From an uncultured Acidobacteriota bacterium (GTDB lineage Bacteria > Actinomycetota > Acidimicrobiia > Spongiisociales > ZC4RG35): a DNA stretch of 64,000 bases. A model generated the notes under the pieces. The model was not told where the DNA came from. It did not search any database and worked only from the letters and a program-made list of their open reading frames with translations. Shown piece by piece: positions 10,636 to 20,889 of the stretch (position 1 is the stretch's first letter; each line of letters starts with the position of its first letter). The stretch spans positions 162,507 through 226,506 of the forward strand of contig CAWBJJ010000003.1 of the NCBI GenBank assembly GCA_963789135.1, given 5' to 3'. Both the position numbers and the translations under genes were made by a program.

Positions 10636-10972
10636 CCGGGGCGTCCTCGGAAGGCGCCGTCTTCTTGAACTCGTCGCCGAGATCGGTGATCGTGGTCCCC
10701 AGGGCGGTGGCAAAGGAACTGGCAGCCTTCTTCAGGTGCTCCCTGGTGTCCGGGTCGTGTAGAGCACTGGAAACCGACTCCGCCATCTGACCCCAGGCGC
10801 CGAGCAGCGTGGCGAAGGCGTCTTTGATCTCATCCTCGGTCGGTCCTTTGTCCGTAGCCACGCGTCGATACGTCTCCTTGAGACGATCTCCCAGCGACCC
10901 GAACTCCGAGCTGACCGTGTCCCACGGGTCGGGCTCGCCATCTGGCTTAGGATTCGACTCGTGCGTCTCCAC
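10619..10972 (-). CDS. small acidic hypothetical protein upstream of rhodanese
   Basis: [53 protein letters not shown]...DLGDEFKKTAPSEDAPDDGDS. High GC3. Its 3' end overlaps the rhodanese ATG by 17 nt. The start is uncertain: GTG 10972 is the only in-frame start that avoids deep overlap with the divergent gene. Confidence 0.4.
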   Translation of the reverse strand: METHESNPKPDGEPDPWDTVSSEFGSLGDRLKETYRRVATDKGPTEDEIKDAFATLLGAWGQMAESVSSALHDPDTREHLKKAASSFATALGTTITDLGDEFKKTAPSEDAPDDGDS

Positions 10973-11907
10973 CTCCTCGATGGTACCTACGAGCTGTTTC
11001 GTGCCCACTTCAACCCCAACCGGGACTTCACACCGGGCCTTGACGGCCTCGACATCAAGGCAACCCACGGGATCATGATGTCCACCCTGGCCTTCCTCCG
11101 GGAGGGGGTGACCCATATCGCGGCCAGCTTCGACACGGTGATCGAGTCATTCCGCAACGAGATGTTCCCTGCCTACAAGTCGTCGGCTGGGATGGACCAA
11201 AGCCTGCTCCGGCAGTTCCCGCTCGCTGAGGATGCGTTGGAAGCCATCGGAGTGGTTGTGTGGCGCAACATCGATTTCGAGGCGGACGATGCGATCGCCA
11301 CCGCGGCGATCAAGTGGGTCGAGGATGTCGACCAGGTCGTGATCGCCACTCCGGACAAGGACATGTGCCAGCTGGTGATCGGGGACCGATCGTGACCTAC
11401 AACCGCCGTGAGCAGAAGATCTACGACGAGGCCGCGGTCGTCGAGAAGTTCGGGGTCCATCCCGAGTCGATCCCCGACTACCTGGCCCTGGTCGGGGACA
11501 CCGCCGACGGGGTGCCCGGGCTCCCCGGCTGGGGCGCCAAGTCGACGTCGACGGTCCTGGCGAAGTACCCCCGCCTCGAGTTGATCCCACCGTCGGCGTC
11601 GGAGTGGGAGGTCACGGTGAGAAGCGCCGACAAGCTGGCGGCCACGCTGGCCTCGAATCAGGAGCTGGCCTACCTGTATCGGGAGCTGACAACACTTCGC
11701 TTCGACGTCCCGATCGAGGAGAGCCTCGCCGACCTGGAGTGGAAGGGCGTCCCCCGGGAGCGATTCGAGGCGTTCTGCGCCACCTTGGGGATCGATCCCG
11801 CCGGGAATCAGGGCTGGATAAGTGGGCTGATTGGAGGGCGCAGGTCGGCCTGGAATCAGGACGCTTGCTCGAGGTCGTCGATCCCGCCGCTGAACTGGGA
11901 GTTGTAG
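10961..11907 (+). CDS. 5'-3' exonuclease (FEN / Pol I N-terminal domain-like); one frame break near 11390
   Basis: [17 protein letters not shown]...[34 protein letters not shown] / [53 protein letters not shown]. The last ~30 codons are doubtful; an alternative stop is TAA 11819-11821 in another frame. Confidence 0.7.
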
Positions 11908-13832
11908 AGGGCGGCATAGGCCCCGCCTCTGGCCATCAGCTCGGCGTGGTTCCCCTGCTCCACGATCCGCCCCTCCTCCATGACGAGGATCACGTCGGCG
12001 TCCCGGATCGTCGACAACCGATGGGCGATCACGAAGCTGGTCCGGTCGGTGCGCAGTGCCGCCATGGCGTTCTGGAGGAGCAGTTCGGTCCGGGTGTCGA
12101 CCGAGCTGGTCGCCTCGTCGAGGATCAGCAGCGCGGGGTCGGCGAGGAAGGCCCGGGCGATGGTGATCAACTGCTTCTCGCCTTCGCTGACGTTGCTCCC
12201 CTCGTCGTCGATCATCGTCTCGTACCCGTCGGGCAGGCTGTGGACGAAGCGATCGACGAAGGTGGCTCGCGCCGCCTCCATGATCTCCTCTTCTGTGGCG
12301 TCGGGCCGCCCGTAGGCGATGTTCTCCCGGATGGTTCCCTTGAACAACCAGGTGTCCTGGAGGACCATCCCGATCTCCGAGCGGAGATCTGCCCGGCGCA
12401 GGTGCGAGATGTCGGTGCCGTCGAGGGAGATCCGACCCGAGTCCAGCTCGTAGAAGCGCATGATCAGGTTGACCAGCGTCGTCTTTCCCGCACCGGTGGG
12501 GCCGACGATGGCCACCGTTTGGCCCGGCTCGACCTTGAGGGAGAGGTCTTCGATGAGTGGCCGGTCTTCGTCATACCGGAAAGACACGCTCTCGAAGGCG
12601 ACCCGGCCGTGGGGGTCTTCGAGCATCTCCGGCCGATCGTCATCGGAAACCTCTTCGTCGGCGTCGAGCAGCTCGAACACCCGCTCTGCCGATGCGACAC
12701 CCGACTGCAGGAGGTTGATCATCGACGCCACCTGAGTCAGAGGCTGCGAGAACTGACGGGAATACTGGATGAAGGCTTGAACGTCACCCAGGGTCATCGT
12801 CCCACTCGCCACCCTGAGCCCGCCGAGCACTGCGATCACGACGTAGTTGAGGTTCCCGATGAACATCATGAGCGGCATGATCAGCCCGGAGAGAAACTGG
12901 GCCTTGAAACTGGCCTCGTAGAGGCCGTCGTTCTCAGTCGCGAACAACTCCTCCACTTCACGCTGGCGGCCGAACACCTTGACCAGGGAGTGGCCGGTGT
13001 AGGCCTCTTCGATGCGGGCGTTGAGCGAGCCGGTCTGGCGCCACTGGTTGATGAAATGGCCCTGGGAGCGGCGCATCACGGTCCCTGCGATGACCATGGT
13101 CACCGGAATCGTGATCAGGGCGATCAACGCCAGAGTGGGTGAGATCCAGAACATCATCCCCACCACGAACACGATGGTGAGCAGGGAGGTCAGCATCTGG
13201 CTCATGGTTTGCTGCAGGCTCTGCGACACGTTGTCGATGTCGTTGGTCACCCGGCTCAGCAGCTCGCCACGTGGCTGGCGGTCGAAGTAACGGAGGGGGA
13301 GCCGGTTGAGCTTGTCCTCCACCTCGGAGCGCAACTTGAAGATGGTGCTCTGCACCACATCGTTCAGGAAGAAGCCCTGGAGATAGCCAAGGGCCGCCGA
13401 GACCGCGTAGATCGCGAGCACGACGATGAGGACGGATCCGACCGCGGCGAAGTCGATCCCCTGACCCGGGGTGAAGTCGACTCCGGAGAGGAGCTCCGCG
13501 ACCTGGGTCTGCCCGGCGGCCTGGGCTCCGGCAATGGCCTGCTCTTTGGTGATTCCTGCCGGCATCTGCTTTCCGACGACCCCGGCGAAAATGAGGTCGG
13601 TGGCGCGGCCAAGGACCTTGGGCCCGATCGCGGCCAGGCCCACGCTGAGGATCGCAAAAGTGAAAACGGCGACCAGCTTGAGCCGCTGCGGCCGGAGGCG
13701 GGCCAAGAGCCGCTTCGCCGATGGCCAGAAGTCGAGGGACTTCTGGCCGATCATCCCGCCACCGAAGGGGCCGCGCCCGGGTCCGGGCTGGGCCTGGATT
13801 CGCTCGGTGGTCTTCATGGTCCGGTCGCTCAC
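11856..13832 (-). CDS. ABC exporter, fused permease/ATPase half-transporter
   Basis: Intact 658 aa with six N-terminal hydrophobic helices. Walker [14 protein letters not shown], signature VSEGEKQ, Walker [13 protein letters not shown]. Confidence 0.85.
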   Translation of the reverse strand: MSDRTMKTTERIQAQPGPGRGPFGGGMIGQKSLDFWPSAKRLLARLRPQRLKLVAVFTFAILSVGLAAIGPKVLGRATDLIFAGVVGKQMPAGITKEQAIAGAQAAGQTQVAELLSGVDFTPGQGIDFAAVGSVLIVVLAIYAVSAALGYLQGFFLNDVVQSTIFKLRSEVEDKLNRLPLRYFDRQPRGELLSRVTNDIDNVSQSLQQTMSQMLTSLLTIVFVVGMMFWISPTLALIALITIPVTMVIAGTVMRRSQGHFINQWRQTGSLNARIEEAYTGHSLVKVFGRQREVEELFATENDGLYEASFKAQFLSGLIMPLMMFIGNLNYVVIAVLGGLRVASGTMTLGDVQAFIQYSRQFSQPLTQVASMINLLQSGVASAERVFELLDADEEVSDDDRPEMLEDPHGRVAFESVSFRYDEDRPLIEDLSLKVEPGQTVAIVGPTGAGKTTLVNLIMRFYELDSGRISLDGTDISHLRRADLRSEIGMVLQDTWLFKGTIRENIAYGRPDATEEEIMEAARATFVDRFVHSLPDGYETMIDDEGSNVSEGEKQLITIARAFLADPALLILDEATSSVDTRTELLLQNAMAALRTDRTSFVIAHRLSTIRDADVILVMEEGRIVEQGNHAELMARGGAYAALYNSQFSGGIDDLEQAS

Positions 13833-15563
13833 GACGCCACCTCGGCCGTGAGCTGAGACTCGACGATCTCGACATAGGTAGGGCTGGTGGCGAGCAGCGC
13901 CTCATGAGTGCCCAGCCCGACGATTTCGCCGTCTTCGAGAACGATGATCTGGTCGGCATCGGCGATGGTGGACACCCTCTGAGCCACGATCAGCACGGTG
14001 GCGTCGGCTGTCACCGGGCGTAAGGCGCGGCGCAGCCGGGCGTCTGTCGTCAGGTCGAGCGCCGAGAACGAGTCATCGAACAAATAGACCTCGGGGCGGC
14101 GGATGACGGCGCGGGCGATGGCGAGACGCTGGCGCTGGCCGCCGGAGACGTTGGTTCCGCCCTGGGCGATCGGGGCCTCGAGCCCTTCGGTCATCGCCTC
14201 CACGAATGTGCGGGCCTGGGCGATCTCGAGTGCTGCCCAAATCTCCTCATCGCTGGCATCGGGCTTGCCGTAGCGGAGATTGGAGGCGACGGTCCCCGAG
14301 AAGAGGTAGGGCTTCTGGGGCACGAGCCCGATCTTCGACCAGAGGGTGTCTGGGTCCATGTCCCGCACATCGACACCGTCGATGGAGACGGATCCGGATG
14401 TGGCGTCGAACAATCGCGGGATGAGGTTGAGGAGAGTGGTCTTGCCGGCCCCTGTCGATCCGATGAAGGCTGTGGTCTGCCCGGGTCGGGCCGAGAACGA
14501 GATGTCCTCCAGGACGGGATGGCTGGCCCCGGGATAGCTGAAGCCGACGTTGCTCATCTCGAGCCGGCTCCTCTCCTTGACCTCGGTGATCCCGGAGATC
14601 GGTGGCACCACGGACGAGTCGGTGTCGAGGACCTCGGCGATGCGATCGGAGCTGACTGAGGCCCTGGGGACCATGACCAGCATGAAGGTGGCCATCATCA
14701 CCGACATCAGGATCTGGATCAGATAGGAGAGGAAGGCGGTCAACGATCCGATCTCCATCGCGCCGGCGTCGACCCGCATCCCTCCGAACCAGAGGACGGC
14801 GACGCTGGACAGGTTCAGCACCAGGATGACCACAGGGAACAGGGCGGCCATCCAACGGCCGACCGTGATCGACACATCGGTGAGATCGGTGTTGGCCCTT
14901 GCGAAACGGTCGGTCTCGAACGGCTCCCGCACGAAGGCCCGGAGCACCGCGGATCCCCGTCGTCTGCTCCCGGAGCACGCGATTGACGGTGTCGATGTCG
15001 GTCTGCATCCGACGGTAGGAAGGGATCATTCGGGAGACGATGAACCCGATGGCGATGGCGAGGACCGGCACCGCCACCGCAACCAGCCAGGCGAGGCCGA
15101 TGTCCTCGCGCAGGGCCATGATCACTCCACCGACCATCATGATCGGCGCCATGACCATGAGGGTCAGGCCCATGAAGACCAGGGTTTGGACCTGCATGAC
15201 GTCATTGGTGTTCCGGGTGATCAGCGAGGGGGCTCCGAATCGCGCCATCTCCTTGCTGGAGAAGCTCCCGACGTGGCTGAAGATCGAGGAGCGGAGGTCG
15301 CGGCCGAAGCTCATCGCCGTTCTCGCCCCGAAGTAGACGGCGACGATTGTGCACGCCACCTGAACGAGCGAGACCCCGAGCATGATCAAGCCGACCCGGA
15401 CGATGTATTCGGTGTCGCCGGTGACCACACCGTTGTCGATGATGTCGGCATTGAGGCTGGGCAGGTACAGCGAGGCGATGGTGGCCACCAGTTGCAGGGC
15501 GACCACTATCAGCAGCCAGCGCTTGTACGGCCTCAGGTAGTCCTTGACGATTCGCAGCAGCAT
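13829..15563 (-). CDS. ABC exporter half-transporter, partner of 11856-13832; one frame break near 14947
   Basis: [26 protein letters not shown]...REQTTGIR / [15 protein letters not shown]...[28 protein letters not shown]. Its stop overlaps the downstream ATG (ATGA). Confidence 0.8.
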
Positions 15564-16177
15564 CAGCCGACCTCGATCGGCGCGAATTCGGAGATCCCGT
15601 TGAGCAGGACGGAGACGATCTCGTCGGTGGTCAAGCGCTCGGCCAGGCTCATGGTGGGGTGACCGCTGGCGAGGATGAGCCCGCGGAAAGCGGCAGCCGC
15701 CCGTGCCGGCTCGATCCGGAGGCTGCTCCGGTGCCGCTCGAAGATCTCGGTGAGCGACTCGTTGATTGCGGCATTGGCGACAGCGACGAACTGCGGAGGG
15801 CCGACGGCATGATGGGTCTCCGGGGTCACCGGCATGGTGCGGAGCACTGCGAGCAGCGCGATGACAACCTGGAAGCGGTCGAGCAGGATGCGGGCGGCTT
15901 CTCCAAGCTGGACACTCAGGGGGGCGTCCGGGTGGATCTGCTCCAGTTCTCGCTGCACCGGCTCCGGGGCTACCGACACCTTGACCGCCTCGAGGATCAG
16001 GGCCGCCTTGTCCGGGAACACTCGGAAAATCGTTCCCTCCGCGATGCCGGCAGCATCGGCCATCTGTCTCGTGGTGACAGAAGAGCCGCGGTCCACCAGC
16101 AGTGGGATGACCGCTTCAACGATCGCTCGTCGCCGGTCGTCAGGGGCCAGGGGCTCGGCCCGTCGCTGTTTGCTCAC
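15563..16177 (-). CDS. TetR-family transcriptional regulator
   Basis: From GTG 16177: VSKQRRAEPLAPDDRRRAIVEAVIPLLVDRGSSVTTRQMADAAGIAEGTIFRVFPDK (HTH), 204 aa intact. Its stop overlaps the ABC gene start. Confidence 0.8.
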   Translation of the reverse strand: MSKQRRAEPLAPDDRRRAIVEAVIPLLVDRGSSVTTRQMADAAGIAEGTIFRVFPDKAALILEAVKVSVAPEPVQRELEQIHPDAPLSVQLGEAARILLDRFQVVIALLAVLRTMPVTPETHHAVGPPQFVAVANAAINESLTEIFERHRSSLRIEPARAAAAFRGLILASGHPTMSLAERLTTDEIVSVLLNGISEFAPIEVG

Positions 16178-16190
16178 ACCCGCAGTATAA

Positions 16191-16210
16191 GTGAGTGAGC
16201 ACTCACTCAC
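16191..16210. promoter_or_regulatory. perfect 9-bp inverted repeat, candidate TetR operator
   Basis: GTGAGTGAG-CA-CTCACTCAC, 14 nt upstream of the TetR start and 55 nt upstream of the divergent gene at 16265. Confidence 0.6.
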
Positions 16211-16264
16211 AAATCGGATGAGTGGGGTTCCGGACCAAGCGGGCGCCATATCTAGGGTCAAACC

Positions 16265-17176
16265 GTGACCCCAACGACAATCGACTGGCTGCTCGACTCC
16301 GATCCTGCGATCCGGTGGCAGGTGATGCGGGACCTCACCAACACGAAGGAGAAACAGGTGAGAGCCGAGCGAAGCCGTGTCGCCACCGCCGGATGGGGTG
16401 CGCGTCTTCTCGGGCTTCAGGGCACGGATGGGATGTGGGGTGGAGGGGCGTACACGCCGAAATGGACCTCCACGACGTACAGCCTTCTCGTGCTCCGGCA
16501 TCTGGGCGTCGACCCCGGCGAACCACGAGTGCGCTCGGCCACCGAACGGGTCCGGGATCGGGTCATCATGGGCTCCGACAAATGGCCGTTCTTCGAGTAC
16601 TCGACCGAGCTCTGTGTCACCGGGATGGCCCTGGCTCTCGGCTCGTACTACCTCCCTGATCCCGGTGGACTGCCTCAGCCGGAATATCTGCTGACCAAGC
16701 AGCGCGGCGACGGCGGCTGGAACTGTCACCTCGACTCGGACCGATCCTCTTTTCACACGACGATCTCGGCACTCGAGGGTCTGCTCGAGTACGAGCGGGC
16801 GGTGGGCGGCGATCGGATCCTGGCAGAAGCCCGGGCCCGGGCCCACGACTATTTCCTCGACCGTCGGCTGATGTACTCGCTACGGAGTGGTGAGCTGATC
16901 AGCAAGCGCTGGCTTTTGATGTCGTTCCCGCCCCGCTGGCATTACGACGTGCTTCGTGCTCTCGACTATTTCCGGGAGGCCGGCGTCCCTCCCGACCCGC
17001 GGGCGGTGGAGGCTGTCGAAGTGATCCGATCCAAACAACGAGGCGATGGCACCTGGCCCCTACAGAACCGGCATCCAGGCGATGTCCACTTCGAGATGGA
17101 AGAGGGCTTGGGTAAGCCAAGCCGATGGAACACTTTGCGCGCCCTCAGGGCGTTGCGCTGGCACGACGGCGACTGA
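16265..17176 (+). CDS. prenyltransferase / squalene-cyclase-repeat (alpha-alpha toroid) protein
   Basis: Intact 303 aa. Two QW-like motifs, KQRGDGGW and KQRGDGTW. N-terminus TIDWLLDSDPAIRWQVMRDL. Divergent from the TetR gene. Confidence 0.55.
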   Translation: MTPTTIDWLLDSDPAIRWQVMRDLTNTKEKQVRAERSRVATAGWGARLLGLQGTDGMWGGGAYTPKWTSTTYSLLVLRHLGVDPGEPRVRSATERVRDRVIMGSDKWPFFEYSTELCVTGMALALGSYYLPDPGGLPQPEYLLTKQRGDGGWNCHLDSDRSSFHTTISALEGLLEYERAVGGDRILAEARARAHDYFLDRRLMYSLRSGELISKRWLLMSFPPRWHYDVLRALDYFREAGVPPDPRAVEAVEVIRSKQRGDGTWPLQNRHPGDVHFEMEEGLGKPSRWNTLRALRALRWHDGD

Positions 17177-17189
17177 TCAGGTCGTCGGA

Positions 17190-17555
17190 TCAGTCCGCAA
17201 ACCGGACCTCCACCATCGGGGCCTCGTCGATGAGACGCTGACGCTGGGATTGGCTCGAGTACCAGTGGGTCTGGGGATCATCGAACACCCGGGCTCGCAA
17301 CACCGGATCCTGAACCGGGCTCGCCGTCGCCGGCAGATCCTGGGCGCCGACGTGGATCACCACCTTGGGATTGGCGAGGACATTCGCGTACCAGTCCCGG
17401 GCCCCCGGTGTCCCGGTGATGAAGAAGCGCTCGTCCACGCGAAACCACCAGATCTCGATGCGCCTCGGCAGCCCCGACCGGCGACCGGTCGTGGTCAGGT
17501 CGATGGTGCGGTGGGCGGCCAGCTCGGTGGCGTCGGGTCGATCACTCGGGGTCAT
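17190..17555 (-). CDS. deazaflavin (F420H2)-dependent nitroreductase family protein (DDN-like)
   Basis: Intact 121 aa. TIDLTTTGRRSGLPRRIEIWWFRVDERFFITG...WYANVLANPKV. Confidence 0.7.
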   Translation of the reverse strand: MTPSDRPDATELAAHRTIDLTTTGRRSGLPRRIEIWWFRVDERFFITGTPGARDWYANVLANPKVVIHVGAQDLPATASPVQDPVLRARVFDDPQTHWYSSQSQRQRLIDEAPMVEVRFAD

Positions 17556-17712
17556 CGTTCTCCCAGATCACATCGAAGCGCTCCATGCAATCGCCGCACC
17601 GATAGGCGAGCGCGGTCCCTGGCTCGACCTCTTCATCGTCGGGGAGATACGAGATGAGATGCGCGACGCCACCGCAGTCGACGCAGTCGAAGGACTCGGG
17701 CGGGGAGCTCAT
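17542..17712 (-). CDS. small zinc-ribbon-like protein (56 aa)
   Basis: MSSPPESFDCVDCGGVAHLISYLPDDEEVEPGTALAYRCGDCMERFDVIWENDDPE, with two CxxC pairs. Its ATG overlaps the nhaA stop (ATGA), and its 3' end overlaps the DDN start by 14 nt. Confidence 0.5.
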   Translation of the reverse strand: MSSPPESFDCVDCGGVAHLISYLPDDEEVEPGTALAYRCGDCMERFDVIWENDDPE

Positions 17713-19058
17713 GACCGTCCCGGCTTCCTTCCTGTGAGGAGGACGGCGGCCCCGGCGAGACCGGATGCCAACGAGCCGGCGAACACCCCGACCTTGGCCA
17801 CGTCCACCAGCGCCGGGTCTTCGAACGCAAGGGCGGTCACGAAGAGGGACACGGTGAACCCTATGCCGGCGACCAGAGCCAGCCCGAGCATGTGCCTCCA
17901 ACTGGTCTGATCGGGCAACCGGCCGATCCCCATGCGGACGCCGAGGAAGGCGAAAAGGGAGATGCCTATCGACTTGCCAAGGAGCAGTCCGAGGGCCACT
18001 CCGGCTCCCACTGTCGACGTCAGCACCGTCGAGATCGGAGTGCCTCTGAGGTCGACGCCGACGTTGGCCAGCGCGAAAAGGGGAATCACGACGAATGAGC
18101 TCCAGACCACGAACCGGTGCTCCATGCGGCTCAATGGCGAGACCGACTCCCCGGCGATCTCGCTCAGCAGCAGTGCCTCATGGTCCAGGTGCTCGTTTGC
18201 CTCAACGCTCTCCGCCTCCTCGCCGAACTGCTCGAGAATCGCACTCGACTTTTCCTCGAGCTCCTCGGGGCGGTACAGCGGGCGCGCCGGGGTGAGAAAG
18301 CCGAGTGCGACACCGACCAGGGTGGCGTGGACCCCGGACTCGAGCATGAAATACCAGCTGATCAACGCGATCGGCACATAGAAGGCCATCGAGCGGATCC
18401 CGACTTTCGACGCGATCCAGACCACGGCCAGCGCCGCCACGGCGAGACCGAGAAACAAAGGCTGCAGGTCGTTGCTGTAGAAGATCGCGATCACGGCAAT
18501 GACCCCGATGTCGTCGGCGATCGCCAGGGCGAGGAGGAACAGGCGGGCTGCAGGTGGGACCCGATCGCCGAGGACGACCAGTATCCCGACGGCGAACGCG
18601 ATGTCGGTCGCCATCGGGATTCCCCAGCCCTGGCTCGCCTCGCCGGCCACCCCCGCGTTGACGATCAGGTAGACGACCGCGGGGCCCAGCATTCCGCCGA
18701 TCGCAGCGAGCACCGGGAGAAGGGCCGCGCCCCGGTCTTTCAGCTCACCGAGGACGAGCTCCCGCTTTATCTCGAGGCCGACGACGAAGAAGAAGATCGC
18801 CATCAGCCCGTCGTTGATCAGCTCCCTGAATGTCTCGTCGAGGTGGATCGGCCCGAAGTCGAGCGCGAACACGGTGTCGAACACCCTCTCGTACGCCCCT
18901 GAAGCCGGCGAGTTGGCCCAGATCAGGGCGACCGCCGCCGCGAGCAGTAGCACGATTCCCGAAGCCGCTTCGATGCGGGTGAAGCGGATCAGTGGCCGGA
19001 CGAATCGAGTCGGGATGAACCGCTCCGACGCCGCCCACGTCCGATGCCGGCTGTCCAA
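17709..19058 (-). CDS. nhaA: Na+/H+ antiporter NhaA
   Basis: Intact 449 aa. ...FIPTRFVRPLIRFTRIEAASGIVLLLAAAVALIWANSP...FFFVVGLEIKRE...ALAIADDIG. Confidence 0.85.
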   Translation of the reverse strand: MDSRHRTWAASERFIPTRFVRPLIRFTRIEAASGIVLLLAAAVALIWANSPASGAYERVFDTVFALDFGPIHLDETFRELINDGLMAIFFFVVGLEIKRELVLGELKDRGAALLPVLAAIGGMLGPAVVYLIVNAGVAGEASQGWGIPMATDIAFAVGILVVLGDRVPPAARLFLLALAIADDIGVIAVIAIFYSNDLQPLFLGLAVAALAVVWIASKVGIRSMAFYVPIALISWYFMLESGVHATLVGVALGFLTPARPLYRPEELEEKSSAILEQFGEEAESVEANEHLDHEALLLSEIAGESVSPLSRMEHRFVVWSSFVVIPLFALANVGVDLRGTPISTVLTSTVGAGVALGLLLGKSIGISLFAFLGVRMGIGRLPDQTSWRHMLGLALVAGIGFTVSLFVTALAFEDPALVDVAKVGVFAGSLASGLAGAAVLLTGRKPGRS

Positions 19059-19061
19059 GTC

Positions 19062-20090
19062 TCAGCCGATCGACTTCCCCGCGGACAACAACTGCTCGCA
19101 GGCTTCGACCACCCGGGCAGACATCCCTGACTCGGCTTTCTTCATGTAACTGCGGGGGTCGTAGGCCTTTTTGTCACCGACCTCGCCATCGACCTTGAGG
19201 ACCCCGCTGTAGTTGGTCATCACGTGGTCGACGATGGGCCGGGTGTAGGCGTACTGGCAGTCGGTGTCGATGTTCATCTTGACCACCCCATAGGCCAGGG
19301 TTTCCCTGATCTCATCGAGGGTCGAGCCACTTCCGCCGTGGAAGACCAGGTAGTGACGCGCCTCCTCTCCGTGGGCGGCGGTCACCGCCTCCTGTCCGTC
19401 ACGAAGGATCGTCGGGTTCAGCTTGACCGATCCCGGCTTGTAGACACCGTGGACATTCCCGAACACCGCCGCGAGCAGGTAGCGACCATCGCCGGCAGCG
19501 CCCAGGACTTCGGCGACCCGGGTCATGTCTTCGGGCGACGTGTAGAGCTTGCCCCGGTCGACATCACTGTGATCGGTGGCGTCCTCGACGCCACCCACGA
19601 TGCCAATCTCAAGCTCCAGGACCACCTGGGCCGCCGAGCAGAGGTCGAGGAGCTCCTTCGCCAGCGCCAGGTTCTCTTCCATCGGCAAGGTGGAGGCATC
19701 GAGCATGTGGGACTGGAATAGCGGGCCTTGCCCGGCGGCTACCCGCCGCCTACTCACCTCCAGCAAGGGACGGATGAAGCCATCGACCCGATCGGGCGGG
19801 CAGTGGTCGGTGTGAAGGGCGATGTTGACCGGATACCGCTCGGCGACGACGTGGGCATACTCGGCGAGAGCTCGAGCCCCCGTCGGCATGTCCTTTGTCG
19901 ACTGCCCGGAGGCGAACTCGGCTGCCCCATACGAGACCTGGAGGATCCCGTCGGATCCCGCCTCGGCGAACCCTTCGAGCGCCGCGATCAAAGTCGTCGA
20001 GGCGGCGACGTTGATTGCCGGGAACGCGTAGCCGCCTTCGCGAGCGGCGCGGAACATCTCGCGGTATCTCTCAGGACTGACGATGGGCAT
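19062..20090 (-). CDS. fbaA: class II fructose-1,6-bisphosphate aldolase
   Basis: Intact 342 aa. MPIVSPERYREMFRAAREGGYAFPAINV...HTDHC...LELEIGIVGG..FGNVHGVYKPG..VFHGGSGS. Confidence 0.9.
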   Translation of the reverse strand: MPIVSPERYREMFRAAREGGYAFPAINVAASTTLIAALEGFAEAGSDGILQVSYGAAEFASGQSTKDMPTGARALAEYAHVVAERYPVNIALHTDHCPPDRVDGFIRPLLEVSRRRVAAGQGPLFQSHMLDASTLPMEENLALAKELLDLCSAAQVVLELEIGIVGGVEDATDHSDVDRGKLYTSPEDMTRVAEVLGAAGDGRYLLAAVFGNVHGVYKPGSVKLNPTILRDGQEAVTAAHGEEARHYLVFHGGSGSTLDEIRETLAYGVVKMNIDTDCQYAYTRPIVDHVMTNYSGVLKVDGEVGDKKAYDPRSYMKKAESGMSARVVEACEQLLSAGKSIG

Positions 20091-20205
20091 GGTTCCTCAG
20101 TGGTAGGCGAAGTGGGGAAGGTACCAATTGTCCTCGTGCTCCGATTCGGGCGCCGAAACCATCCTTTTCCGACTCGCCGTCAGCAAACGTGGGCAATAGC
20201 TTGAA

Positions 20206-20646
20206 ATGGTGACGCAGAGTGCCCACCATCCGGTGGCGACTCGAAAGCCGCGCAGCCGCGTCCTACGTGGCATCTATTTCGCCATCGGCCTGATCTGCCT
20301 GGCCTTCGTGCCGCTGAGTGTCCTGCCGGGGATCCCCACTTTCGACTTCGTGATCCTCGCCGCCTTCTTCTTCTCCATGTCATCCGACCGCCTCTACGGC
20401 TGGCTGATGAACCATCCGGTGTACGGGAAGATGATCCGGAGCTATCGGGCGGGTGGCCTCACGGTGCGGATGAAATGGCTGGCGGCAGTCGCGATCAGTG
20501 TGTCGATCGGATTCTCGATCTTCGTGCTGATCGACAACCTGGCGCTCAGATTGGTGCTGGGTGCGGTGTGGGCCTTCGCGATCTGGTTCGTGTTCAGCAG
20601 GCCGACCCGGTCGGCGGGTTCCTCAGCCCCCGCTGACAGCCTGTAA
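20206..20646 (+). CDS. DUF454/YbaN-family inner membrane protein
   Basis: Intact 146 aa. RGIYFAIGLICLAFVPLSVLPGIPTFDFVILAAFFFSMSSDRLYGWLMNHPVYG. Confidence 0.65.
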   Translation: MVTQSAHHPVATRKPRSRVLRGIYFAIGLICLAFVPLSVLPGIPTFDFVILAAFFFSMSSDRLYGWLMNHPVYGKMIRSYRAGGLTVRMKWLAAVAISVSIGFSIFVLIDNLALRLVLGAVWAFAIWFVFSRPTRSAGSSAPADSL

Positions 20647-20889
20647 CACCTGAACCTGGCTTCGATCGTCGACAGCCGTGTCCAGCCCGGCGCGCTCTCC
20701 GTCCACGAAGATCAGCACGTGGGTGCGGATCGCCCCCTGATCGTCGAGCAGGTGGTTGCGTAGCCCGGGCTCTCGGGCGAACAGCCGTTCCAGGACCTCG
20801 AGCAGAGAGCCTCCGCCGTCGACTTCCTGGCGGACTTCACCGCCCACTGTCTGGGAGAGGATCCGGGGCAGGCGCACCGTGGTGGTCAT
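20623..20889 (-). CDS. ThiS/MoaD/CysO-like ubiquitin-fold sulfur-carrier protein ending in Gly-Gly
   Basis: [88 protein letters not shown]-stop. The pattern resembles mycobacterial CysO (recalled from memory). Its ATG overlaps the upstream stop (ATGA). Confidence 0.7.
   Translation of the reverse strand: MTTTVRLPRILSQTVGGEVRQEVDGGGSLLEVLERLFAREPGLRNHLLDDQGAIRTHVLIFVDGERAGLDTAVDDRSQVQVLQAVSGG

Noticed and set aside
11604-13142. 512-aa plus-strand ORF.
   Set aside because: It is antisense to the intact 658-aa ABC transporter.
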